This document shows, piece after piece, positions 25,521 to 34,521 of a DNA stretch of 35,297 nucleotides. A program made the translations under genes and the position numbers. Below the pieces are notes generated by a model, which saw nothing but the letters and a program-made list of their open reading frames with translations, did not search any database and was not told the DNA's origin. The stretch is from Vampirovibrionales bacterium (lineage in GTDB: Bacteria > Cyanobacteriota > Vampirovibrionia > Vampirovibrionales > JAJTHC01), in NCBI GenBank assembly GCA_044345135.1, contig JBIJBR010000001.1, positions 1 through 35,297 of the forward strand, read 5' to 3'. Position 1 is the first letter of the stretch. The number at the start of each line of letters is the position of its first letter.

Positions 25521-25645
25521 GACACATCAGTTCCCTTACGTTTAGTGGACACGGTACAGAATCTGAAACGATTCATATAGGTATGTTCGTATTATCATAA
25601 GAGAAACTTAAACGTCTGTTACAATTTGTAAACGAGAAAATTTGA

Positions 25646-26521
25646 ATGATGCCCCCTTCACCTTCTACGATGCCAGACTTACAGACTCGTATCAAAGCCG
25701 TCCGTCATTTTTTAAAACCCAAGCTTAAAAGTCCTTTAAAGGCTGTCGTGATTTTAGGCTCAGGTCTTGGGGCTCTGGCTGAAAATCAAGCCTTTGACGT
25801 ACAGGAACGTATTGCGTACCAAGAGCTACCTTATTTTCCTATTTCCACGGTAGAAGGTCATGCGGGGGAATTGATTTTAGCGACTTTAAAGGGCATCAGT
25901 GAACCCACCACCATTGCACTGATGAAAGGGCGCTTTCATTTTTATGAAGGCTATAGTATGCAAGACGTCGTATTCCCCTTACAGGCCTTAAGTCATTGTG
26001 GGGCTGAAAACGTCATTATCTCAAATGCGGCAGGAGGCATGGAGCCTCATTTTTACCCAGGCGCCTTAATGTGGATTAATGATCAACTAAATTTAACGGG
26101 CCATAGCCCTCTCATTGGGCCTAATCCTGATTTTTTAGGGCCTCGCTTTTTTGATATGACCACGCCATTTTGTCCTAAACTTAAAGAAGTAGCCATGACC
26201 TATGCCCAAGAACAAGGCTTTAATTTATTTGAAGGTATTTATGCAGGCGTCACAGGCCCTGCTTATGAAACCCCTGCGGAAATTCAAATGATGCAACGCA
26301 TGGGGGCCTCTGCCGTGGGAATGTCCACCGTTTCAGAAGTACTGGCCGCGCGTCATGCGGGTTTACGCATCGCTGCGATTTCATGCATTTCCAACTTGGC
26401 CGCAGGGATGCAGGGCAAAGATTTAAATCATGAAGAAGTCATGGCCATGGCGACCAATAATACGGTAGGACTTCGTTTTCAAGGCTTAGTCATTCGCTTG
26501 TTAGAACATATGCTACGTTAA
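25646..26521 (+). CDS. punA: Purine nucleoside phosphorylase (PunA type)
   Basis: VILGSGLG, STVEGHAGEL, MKGRFHFYEGY, SNAAGG, GPRFFDM, GPAYETPAE and VGMSTVSE motifs. Confidence 0.88.
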   Translation: MMPPSPSTMPDLQTRIKAVRHFLKPKLKSPLKAVVILGSGLGALAENQAFDVQERIAYQELPYFPISTVEGHAGELILATLKGISEPTTIALMKGRFHFYEGYSMQDVVFPLQALSHCGAENVIISNAAGGMEPHFYPGALMWINDQLNLTGHSPLIGPNPDFLGPRFFDMTTPFCPKLKEVAMTYAQEQGFNLFEGIYAGVTGPAYETPAEIQMMQRMGASAVGMSTVSEVLAARHAGLRIAAISCISNLAAGMQGKDLNHEEVMAMATNNTVGLRFQGLVIRLLEHMLR

Positions 26522-26580
26522 AGTTCTTAAAGTTCAGGAAAGTAAATCCTACTTTTCCTTATGGAGTCTCCTCCCTTCAA

Positions 26581-26620
26581 AAATGTCCTCCCTTATATAG
26601 AGGGAGGACATTTAAGTTTA
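26581..26620 (+). terminator. 13-bp perfect hairpin downstream of punA
   Basis: AAATGTCCTCCCT (26581-26593) pairs with AGGGAGGACATTT (26601-26613) around a 7-nt loop. An interrupted T run (TTTAAGTTT) follows. Confidence 0.55.
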
Positions 26621-26688
26621 AGTCCCTTTGGTCGAAGGTAAGTGTATCACACGCTGTATTTCACAACCTGTAGACAAGGGGGACAACT

Positions 26689-27882
26689 ATGTCATCTTTG
26701 CGTTACTATACTCACTCTGCTTGCCTGATACTGGCATTCATCATGAGCGCGCTTCCTTACGCCAAAGCTAACACCGAGTGGTGGCAGGACGCTTCAACCC
26801 GTGCTTTGCTTCCCCCTACCCCGAAGTCTCCCTCAGTCCAAAGTGGATTCAGTCTTTATCAAGGGTCGCAACGCCTCTATTTAGCCCCCCTACCTAAGCA
26901 GGCGGATATGGCAACTCGCGTTGCCGTCAACCCGATGGTCCCTTCACAGAAAAAATCTTATACCTTAGTGAACGTATCACCCACCTCCTTGGCTCTGGAA
27001 GGCGTCTCCGCCATTGGTGTTTCTAAATCTTGGCTGTCGATCACGTCTCATCCCAAATTGGCCCAAGCCCTTGCCGTGATGTCGGAATCCCCTGAAGGGG
27101 CGGATTCCTTACAAAAGATACAAAGCCATAAAGGGAAAGTTATTTTTAAAAACCTCAGTGAATTGTCGCTTCAATATAGCGATTTTGACGCCTTAGCGTG
27201 GCGAGACAAACAAAATAATTGGATGCTTTTCATCAATCAAAAACATGAAAGCGCTCCTATTTATGCCTTGGCGGCCTTAATTTCACATGAAGCCCTCCAT
27301 TCGGATACTCAAAACTCTAAAGCGGAAGAAGCCGAAGCGTGGGGTCGAGAAGCCCGCACATGGCGATACTTTACGAGTAAGCATCCTGATTTAAAAAGCG
27401 CTGCTTTAGAGTCTTTTCCCTTAGTCCAACGTTTAAATCGTATTGTTCATGCCTTAAATGAAGAAGATTTACACCGTATGGTCGTCGAACATCCTAGTTA
27501 TGCGTCCCTACCTGCTTCTTCTCCCTTCTTTACGGCTCAAACGGCTCAGCCTGTTCAGAGTCTCATCAGCCGTGCCCAAGCGCCTGCTCTTCTAAACAAT
27601 CGAGTGATTGGGACACTGCCTGCCTTGTCTCCGACTCAAAATAAGGAGCCTCTTATTCAGGCGAGTAAAAAACCTGAACAAGCGTCAAATATCGCGATGC
27701 TAGCGATAGCTCCTACCATACTGCCCTTTAAAGCACCCAGTCTCCCTCCTTTAGAACAAAGTGTCATCAACCAACCTTTACAAGGCTTACGCGTGGAACC
27801 CCTCCCTTATCGTCAGGGTGCCTTGTCAGCAGCCGCCCCCACCTTCATTTGGGAAGCCCCTGTTCCTAAGACTCTAGAATAA
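26689..27882 (+). CDS. Hypothetical secreted protein with an HExxH motif
   Basis: Signal-peptide-like N-terminus (ACLILAFIMSALPYAKA). HEALH is encoded at 27286-27300. Pro/Ala/Ser-rich C-terminus. GGGGGA RBS upstream. Confidence 0.65.
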   Translation: MSSLRYYTHSACLILAFIMSALPYAKANTEWWQDASTRALLPPTPKSPSVQSGFSLYQGSQRLYLAPLPKQADMATRVAVNPMVPSQKKSYTLVNVSPTSLALEGVSAIGVSKSWLSITSHPKLAQALAVMSESPEGADSLQKIQSHKGKVIFKNLSELSLQYSDFDALAWRDKQNNWMLFINQKHESAPIYALAALISHEALHSDTQNSKAEEAEAWGREARTWRYFTSKHPDLKSAALESFPLVQRLNRIVHALNEEDLHRMVVEHPSYASLPASSPFFTAQTAQPVQSLISRAQAPALLNNRVIGTLPALSPTQNKEPLIQASKKPEQASNIAMLAIAPTILPFKAPSLPPLEQSVINQPLQGLRVEPLPYRQGALSAAAPTFIWEAPVPKTLE

Positions 27883-27992
27883 AAGGGGACCTCATAAAAA
27901 CCCTATAAACAAAGGAGGCGATTCAAGTCGCTGCTTCTGCATAATGCTTGTAAGCCGCTGATTTTAAAACCAATATTGAAGGGTTTACTTTC

Positions 27993-28769
27993 ATGAATTA
28001 CTCCAGCACTGTAGACAATTTAATTAAGCCCTTCGCATTAGAAGACGAGCTGAATGATTTTTTAAAGCCTCATAAAACCCCTGAAAAACCAATTGGTTTA
28101 AGTATTTCGAAGCCTTCTGCTGAGAATATGTCTGTGAGTATTGGTCTTGCAGAAACGTCTTTAAATCAAGTCTCGTATCAAGCCAAACACCCTGAACAAG
28201 CTTTGCTTAAACGCGTGCTTGAGATTATCTTTTCCACAGTGGGCTTGGTCTTTAGCAGTCCCATTTTTGCGTGGGTGGCTTTTCTCTCTAAGCAAGACGA
28301 CCCTGAGGCGTCTTTATGGGTACATTACACTTATGTGGGTCAGAATCAAGCGTTGATTCAAATCCCTGCGTTTCGTATTTTGGAAGAGGTAGATTTACCC
28401 TGGGAACACGCTTGGCTTAAAGCGTTGGGGATTCAACATCTTCCTAAATTATTGAGTCTGTACCGAGGGGAATTGTCCTTGGTGGGGCCACGGCTTTTGA
28501 CGCAAAGCGACTTGCAAACGTTGAGCGCTCAAGCCTTAAGTCGTTTTCAAAGTGTCCCTGGTTTATATGGCTTAGAACAAGTGGTGACGAAGTATACTTC
28601 GTCCTGTCCTAGCTCAATGAAAGAACGCTTAGATTTAGACTACCTAGAGCGATGGACCATTTACTTAGACGCTGCTCTATTATGGATGAGCCTTACCGTA
28701 CGTCCTCCTAAGCAAGTAAAACCCAAAGATACGTCTTCCCGTCGTATTCAAATTACGGTAAGTTACTAG
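27993..28769 (+). CDS. Bacterial sugar transferase (PglC/WbaP C-domain) homologue with degenerate catalytic motifs
   Basis: It aligns by eye with small phosphoglycosyl transferases: KRVLEIIFSTVGLVFSSPIF (re-entrant helix), AFRIL in place of KF(K/R)TM, GIQHLPKLLSLYRGELSLVGPRL in place of SLDELPQLxNVLxGxMSxVGPRP, and PGLYGLEQV in place of PGITGxWQV. Confidence 0.75.
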   Translation: MNYSSTVDNLIKPFALEDELNDFLKPHKTPEKPIGLSISKPSAENMSVSIGLAETSLNQVSYQAKHPEQALLKRVLEIIFSTVGLVFSSPIFAWVAFLSKQDDPEASLWVHYTYVGQNQALIQIPAFRILEEVDLPWEHAWLKALGIQHLPKLLSLYRGELSLVGPRLLTQSDLQTLSAQALSRFQSVPGLYGLEQVVTKYTSSCPSSMKERLDLDYLERWTIYLDAALLWMSLTVRPPKQVKPKDTSSRRIQITVSY

Positions 28770-28778
28770 CTTTAACAG

Positions 28779-30206
28779 CTAGAGGCCATGTTCCGTTTTG
28801 GCCCATTTAAAGGGCGCATTGGGACGAAATAACACTTTCCCAAAGCTGTAAAACACAATGGGAAACCACACGATCGTCATATAGATGCCTGTGAGAAAGG
28901 CCGCATTAAGCGCTTCCATTCGCGGGGGCGCTTCAAATCGACGAATGGCGTTGTAAATGGTCGGAATAAAGGCGACCCCAAACATGGGGATTAAGGACAA
29001 GGCCAAGAGTTGGTGAATCCGTGTGGCTTGACCTAAAATCGTCGCCGTGCCGACCACCAGAATTTCTAAAGCAATTAAAATGGGCATTAAAAAGTTCACC
29101 CAATACGCAAACATATCTAAACGCGTTCGAAAGCTCGCCTCACTAGACATGAGAATAGAACCCCCCAAATCTAAATAACGACGTAAAGAGCCTTCCGCCC
29201 AACGTTCACGCTGTTTTAATAAGGCTTTAAACTGGGTGATCCCTTCTTCTTCGACAGAAACGCGGTGCGCAAAACGAATGAGCCAGCCTTTTAAATGGAG
29301 TCGAGTAGACAGGTCTAAATCGTCGGTGATACTATTTTCATTCCACCCACCCACGGAATCTAAAGCGCCACGCTTAATTAAAAAGCCATTGCCTCTTAAT
29401 TCAACGGCGGAACCTGCCAAGTCTCTACACCACTGAATATGCGCGTCAAAGGTATATTCCCATTGCTGGCATTTCGTCAATACATTGTCATTGGCGTTGG
29501 CAATCATTTTACGGGCTTGTACGGCGGCGATAGAATCGTCTTGCTCTAAATAAACGAGCATTTTTTCAAAAAAGCCTGCCTCAATCCGAGCATCCGCATC
29601 AAAAACGGCCAAAACAGGTTGTTCCGTAAACGCGAAGGCATCATTTAAAACGGCCGATTTTCCAGGTACTGCTTCTAAAGGACGATGAATCAAATATAAA
29701 CGATCGAGCCAATCGGGTTGCACACGTGCCACACTTTCTCGAAAAGCTTCAAGCACTTCATAGGTGCCATCGGTTGATCGATCATTAATGACCCACACCT
29801 CATAATGCAAGGGGGTGTTTCGCATAAAGTGTTGAATACTCGCTTCAATCACCGTCGCTTCATTGTGAGCAGGAATAATTACCGCAACGCCTAAGTCGCT
29901 GGATTTGTTTTCATCCTGCAAGACATTTAAGTCACTACCTTTTATCTTGGCATTCCAACGTTTCACCACCAAAACACCCGTTAAAAAAAAGAAATACACC
30001 ACCATAAACGCCATTAAACCAACAATTAAAGAGACTTGAGGAAAATAAATTTCAGTCCCCACAAAAAGCACCAGAAAAAAGCTAACTCCAATGGCCATGT
30101 TTCGTTGAATCCGTCGGCGTTCAAAAAAGGCTTTGATTTGTTCACGAGTCAAGACGCGTGGCAGGGGAAAAGGGGGTTTTAAACGCATAACGCTTTCTGC
30201 TCTCAT
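28779..30206 (-). CDS. Family-2 glycosyltransferase, PgaC/NodC/cellulose-synthase-like processive synthase
   Basis: Two N-terminal TM helices, then VAVIIPAHNE, INDRSTDGT, VFDADA, ITDDLDLSTRLHLKGW and KQRERWAEG (QxxRW), then C-terminal TM helices. Confidence 0.85.
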   Translation of the reverse strand: MRAESVMRLKPPFPLPRVLTREQIKAFFERRRIQRNMAIGVSFFLVLFVGTEIYFPQVSLIVGLMAFMVVYFFFLTGVLVVKRWNAKIKGSDLNVLQDENKSSDLGVAVIIPAHNEATVIEASIQHFMRNTPLHYEVWVINDRSTDGTYEVLEAFRESVARVQPDWLDRLYLIHRPLEAVPGKSAVLNDAFAFTEQPVLAVFDADARIEAGFFEKMLVYLEQDDSIAAVQARKMIANANDNVLTKCQQWEYTFDAHIQWCRDLAGSAVELRGNGFLIKRGALDSVGGWNENSITDDLDLSTRLHLKGWLIRFAHRVSVEEEGITQFKALLKQRERWAEGSLRRYLDLGGSILMSSEASFRTRLDMFAYWVNFLMPILIALEILVVGTATILGQATRIHQLLALSLIPMFGVAFIPTIYNAIRRFEAPPRMEALNAAFLTGIYMTIVWFPIVFYSFGKVLFRPNAPFKWAKTEHGL

Positions 30207-30313
30207 TCAACACAATAGACTTAATCATAGCACAATTTTCGCACTTTCAGAAAAGACTTATGCTAGAATTGGTATTGGAGCTTTGTTTATATGTCGTCAA
30301 ATGAGGGTGAAAT

Positions 30314-32254
30314 GTGTCACATTGGGAGCATTTTCGTTTAAGTGTCGTTAATCTATGTTTGCTGGGCGCCCTAGTTCTAAATCTTACCCCCCTTCACGCT
30401 TTTGGGGGGATTAAACCTTCTATACCCGCTGTGGCCTACCCTGCTTTGGACGCCTCTTTAAGCACACAACCCTTTGATATTGACAAACAGGGCTTTTATT
30501 TACTCCCTGAACGTTTACTAGAAAATACCCGTGCGAATGAAGCGCCTCGTTATTTAATGAAAACCAACCCGAGTAAGGATCAACTTATTTTAGAGTTTCC
30601 CTTTGCTTACCTCAAAAAGGGTTTGCCACAAGGCTATGCCGTGGGAATGCAAAATATCGAAAAAGTGGAACTGGCTCAGCAAAACGGAAGTTTAATTGAT
30701 TTGGCTCGCGTGACCATTACCTATAAAAAAGGGACTAACTTAAAGACCTGTACCGTTAAAAATGTCAGTAATGGTCGTTTAATGCTTCCCTATGCCTTAA
30801 GCGTTACCCAAAGTGAATCTCAGCACGGGGGTGGGGTGATTGAAGACACCCAAAGCCCCAACTACGCTAAAACGCCTATTCCTAGTCCAAGTGAACCTCC
30901 TTCGCTTAGTCCGAAACCCAAGCCTCCTTCCAGTGAAACTCGAACGGTGATTGAAGTCCTTGAAGTGGAAGATGAATTTTTTCTACTGCGCCCTGCCAAT
31001 AACGCCACGGCATTGAAAGTTAAAAATCAGTTTTACCTAGAAAAACCGAACCGCTTTATTTTAGACATCGAACCTGCTAGTCTTTCGCCTCAGCTCTTTA
31101 CCAGTGAAGCCGACAGCAAAGGGAAGGCCCCTTCTGCAGGGGTGACGGAATGGAGAGGGTGGGCGGTGCGCATTTCTCAAAATACCCCCACCGTGGTGAG
31201 AGTCGTGATTGAAACGGAAGACACACGCAATTTTGAAGTCCTACAAGGGCAGAACAATACCTTTAAAAACAGTTTAATTATCCAACCTTTAGAAACAAAA
31301 GAAACCTTTTGGACGAAAGGGAAGCCCCCTAAATTAAAATCGATGGGGACCTTGAAACAACTTTATATTTCAAAAGAAATCCCCCAAGCCCCTATTAAAT
31401 TCCGCTTAGAATCGGAACACCCGCTACAGTACCGTATGATTAAAGAAAATGAACGACGATTTAGCCTCAATCTGCTTAATGTGGAAGCGCCTCCTGAGCC
31501 TGTGGCCTTTGATGTTTCGGCCTTCCCGTATTTAAAAAGCCTTAGTCATGTCCAAGCCGCACAAGGCAGCCGACTCACCATTGAACTCAATACGCCTTAC
31601 GCAGATTTAAGAACGACACCTTATACGGCTTCAAATGCTTTGGAACTTAGTTTTAGAATGGTGATCCCTAAGCCCGTTGTCGTCAAGCCGACGCCTCCTT
31701 CGAATCTTCCAAGAGGCCGAAAAATTGTCGTCATTGATGCGGGTCATGGCGGGAAAGATGCTGGCGCCATACGAGATAACGTGATTGAAAAAGACTTAAA
31801 TTTAAGTGTCGCCTTAAAGGTTCGTAATGAATTACAAGCCCGAGGCTACACCGTTTATATGACCCGTAGCACCGATGCCTTTCTTAGTCTTAAAGCCATT
31901 ACTGAAGTGGCCGCAAGCTACCGTCCCGATGTCTTTGTCAGTATTCATCATAACTCCAGTACCAATCCCAGTATCTATGGTTTGGAAACATATTATTATC
32001 ACCCCTTTAGTCTGAATTTAGCGAAGAGTATCCATGCCAAGCAAGTGGCTGCGTTACCTGTGGTGGACCGTGGGGTTAGACGCAATCAATTTTACGTGAT
32101 TAATCACACCGTGGTCCCGAGTGTCTTATGCGAACTTGGGTATGTGTCTAATCCCACAGAAAGCCGTATTTTATCGACCGATGCACGCCAAAAGCAGCAG
32201 GCTCGTGCCATTGCAGACGGGGTGGATGCTTATTTGAAACGCGGAGGCAATTAA
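30314..32254 (+). CDS. amiC: N-acetylmuramoyl-L-alanine amidase (Amidase_3) with long N-terminal region
   Basis: Signal-peptide-like N-terminus. C-terminal VVIDAGHGGKDAGA, VSIHHNS, GLETYYY and LCELGYVSNP motifs. GTG start at 30314. The symbol is by family analogy only. Confidence 0.8.
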   Translation: MSHWEHFRLSVVNLCLLGALVLNLTPLHAFGGIKPSIPAVAYPALDASLSTQPFDIDKQGFYLLPERLLENTRANEAPRYLMKTNPSKDQLILEFPFAYLKKGLPQGYAVGMQNIEKVELAQQNGSLIDLARVTITYKKGTNLKTCTVKNVSNGRLMLPYALSVTQSESQHGGGVIEDTQSPNYAKTPIPSPSEPPSLSPKPKPPSSETRTVIEVLEVEDEFFLLRPANNATALKVKNQFYLEKPNRFILDIEPASLSPQLFTSEADSKGKAPSAGVTEWRGWAVRISQNTPTVVRVVIETEDTRNFEVLQGQNNTFKNSLIIQPLETKETFWTKGKPPKLKSMGTLKQLYISKEIPQAPIKFRLESEHPLQYRMIKENERRFSLNLLNVEAPPEPVAFDVSAFPYLKSLSHVQAAQGSRLTIELNTPYADLRTTPYTASNALELSFRMVIPKPVVVKPTPPSNLPRGRKIVVIDAGHGGKDAGAIRDNVIEKDLNLSVALKVRNELQARGYTVYMTRSTDAFLSLKAITEVAASYRPDVFVSIHHNSSTNPSIYGLETYYYHPFSLNLAKSIHAKQVAALPVVDRGVRRNQFYVINHTVVPSVLCELGYVSNPTESRILSTDARQKQQARAIADGVDAYLKRGGN

Positions 32255-32259
32255 GCACC

Positions 32260-33228
32260 ATGCCCCCTCTAGACCCCATGGAGGCGCCTGCCTTTAAAAC
32301 GTTTGATCCCGCTCTGACGGCTTTAGATTTACCTTGGGCAGCGGCTAAACCCGTACATTTAATGGTCATGGATTCAGGGGTGGGAGGATTAAATGTGCTA
32401 AAAACCTTATGGCATGCCCATTTAGGATGCAACATTAGCTTTATTGCCGATTCGGCTTGGATGCCCTATGGCGATAAGGATCCTCAGGTTTTAGAAGCCC
32501 GCCTGCTTCGATTGGTCGGACAATTATTGACGCAATATAAAGACAACGCGTATATTTTATTCGCCTGTAATACCGCTTCTGCCGTCTGGGAAGGGATTGC
32601 CCCCGAAGTCTTGGCCCGACATGGGATTCGCCCTGATCGAGTCATTGATATTCTCCGCCCTACTTTGTCTTTACTCATGCGAGAAATCGTCGCCTTACCT
32701 TCGACGACTTCTGCCTCTAGCAAACGAGAGGTTCACGTGGGCTTAATGGCCACCCCCTTGACTGTTGCAAGTGGTGCCTACCCCCGTTTGGCAGAAGCCT
32801 TATACGCCCAAACAGGATGCCCACGCTTACACTGGCAAAACGTGGCCTGTTTACATTTGGCCCAAGCGGTGGAAGGCAATCCTGACGTCGAAGCCGTGGA
32901 GGTCTTGTTAGATCGTTATGCCCGTCTGTTTCAAACGCATCCGCCTGATGCCCTTTTAATTGGTTGCACCCATTACCTGAACTTAAAAGCCTTACTGCGA
33001 CAGTATATGCCCAACACCGTGTTTATTGACCCGAGTGAAGCCTTGGTTTATGTGATTTGCGAACGCTTGGGGATTGAGCGCCCTCACACGCCTGAAACGC
33101 CCCAGCTCCCGCCGCTTGAAGGGGTACGATTACTGGCCACAGGGCAACGGAGCGGTTTAAGCGCTTACCTCACACAGCACTTGCCTGAGCTTCAAACACT
33201 GGCCTTTGAAGCACTGACCTTAAGCTAA
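32260..33228 (+). CDS. murI: Glutamate racemase
   Basis: VMDSGVGGL plus the catalytic Cys motifs ACNTAS and GCTHY. The start could be ATG 32362, which would remove a 34-aa extension. Confidence 0.88.
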   Translation: MPPLDPMEAPAFKTFDPALTALDLPWAAAKPVHLMVMDSGVGGLNVLKTLWHAHLGCNISFIADSAWMPYGDKDPQVLEARLLRLVGQLLTQYKDNAYILFACNTASAVWEGIAPEVLARHGIRPDRVIDILRPTLSLLMREIVALPSTTSASSKREVHVGLMATPLTVASGAYPRLAEALYAQTGCPRLHWQNVACLHLAQAVEGNPDVEAVEVLLDRYARLFQTHPPDALLIGCTHYLNLKALLRQYMPNTVFIDPSEALVYVICERLGIERPHTPETPQLPPLEGVRLLATGQRSGLSAYLTQHLPELQTLAFEALTLS

Positions 33229-33588
33229 AATATTATTCGGACAAACCAATTTTCTGCTAAAAAAATTTTTACAACTGCAGATAGGCCTTGTTTTTCATCA
33301 GGTGTTAACTGTCGATAAAGTCTTTCTAATTCAGATATGGATTTAGTATTAAAAGCTTGCATGAATGCTGGAAAGACTGAATGCCCTAGCATGCCTTGAC
33401 GATGCCCTTAGAAAGAAGCGGAAGGAGGAAAGAGAGAAGCGACCTGCCTAAAAAATCCTTTACGTTAAACCTTATGAAATTTACCAACAAAAGTAACCGT
33501 GAACTATTTTAATACAACTAATATAGTTCATACATATACAATGTCAAATAAAAATAATCCCCGTAAAGTGGGAGCATTTGAGTAGGAT

Positions 33589-34503
33589 TTATTCGAAGAG
33601 TCCCGCGTCGCTTTGCTTTTGACGCATCCGTAAACGTTCCGCAGAAACAGGGCTAAGCGATTCAATACAATGGAGACAGGACACCCCCTTTTCGTAAGAA
33701 GCCAAGTGTCGATCCGCCACCGTTAAAGGCCACCCGCAAGAAAAGCACATCTCATAGCCCCCTTCCTTAAGTCCATGTTCCACCCCCACCCGACGGTCAA
33801 AGACAAAGCAAGCGCCATTCCATAGACTTTCTTCTTGAGGGAGTGTTTCCAAATACTTCAGAATGCCTCCCTTTAAATGGTAGACCGTTTCAAACCCTTG
33901 ATTGAGCATGTAGCTCGAAGCCTTTTCGCAACGAATCCCCCCTGTACAAAACATGGCGACTTTTTTCGTCTGCTTGGGATCCAGATGACTTTCCACATAG
34001 GACGCAAAATCAGTAAACGTTGAAATGTTGGGATTAACCGCGTTTTCAAAGCTTCCTATTGCGATTTCATAGGTGTTTCTCGTATCAATCACCACCACAT
34101 CTGGATCTTTTAATAGGGCGTTCCAGTCTTGAGGCTCCACATAAGTCCCGACCACTTCCGTCGGTTGAGCCTTGGGATTGTGCATGGTGACAATTTCTTT
34201 TTTAATGCGAACTTTCATGCGTCTAAACGGTTTTTGATGCGCGTAAGACGTCTTAATTTCCCCTTGAGAAATACCACAAGTCTTTTCCAAAAGCTTTAGC
34301 ATCTGTTCAATGGCCTGTGGAGTGCCTGCAATGGTGCCGTTAATGCCTTCAGGGGCAAGCAGTAAAGTGCCACAAAGATTTAATTCATCACAAGTCTGCT
34401 TCAGCATTGCTTGAAGCATTTCAAGCTCTTCTAAAGCCACAAAGCGATAAAGGGCAAGGACTTTCCATGTTTCAGTGTCTAGACTTAGCGTGTTTTTCAT
34501 CAT
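33589..34503 (-). CDS. trhO: Rhodanese-domain protein of the UPF0176/TrhO (tRNA U34 hydroxylase) family
   Basis: N-terminal ferredoxin-like domain, rhodanese loop FCTGGIRCEKAS, and C-terminal CFSC...CLHC. Confidence 0.85.
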   Translation of the reverse strand: MMKNTLSLDTETWKVLALYRFVALEELEMLQAMLKQTCDELNLCGTLLLAPEGINGTIAGTPQAIEQMLKLLEKTCGISQGEIKTSYAHQKPFRRMKVRIKKEIVTMHNPKAQPTEVVGTYVEPQDWNALLKDPDVVVIDTRNTYEIAIGSFENAVNPNISTFTDFASYVESHLDPKQTKKVAMFCTGGIRCEKASSYMLNQGFETVYHLKGGILKYLETLPQEESLWNGACFVFDRRVGVEHGLKEGGYEMCFSCGWPLTVADRHLASYEKGVSCLHCIESLSPVSAERLRMRQKQSDAGLFE

Positions 34504-34521
34504 ATGTATAATCTGTCTAGT

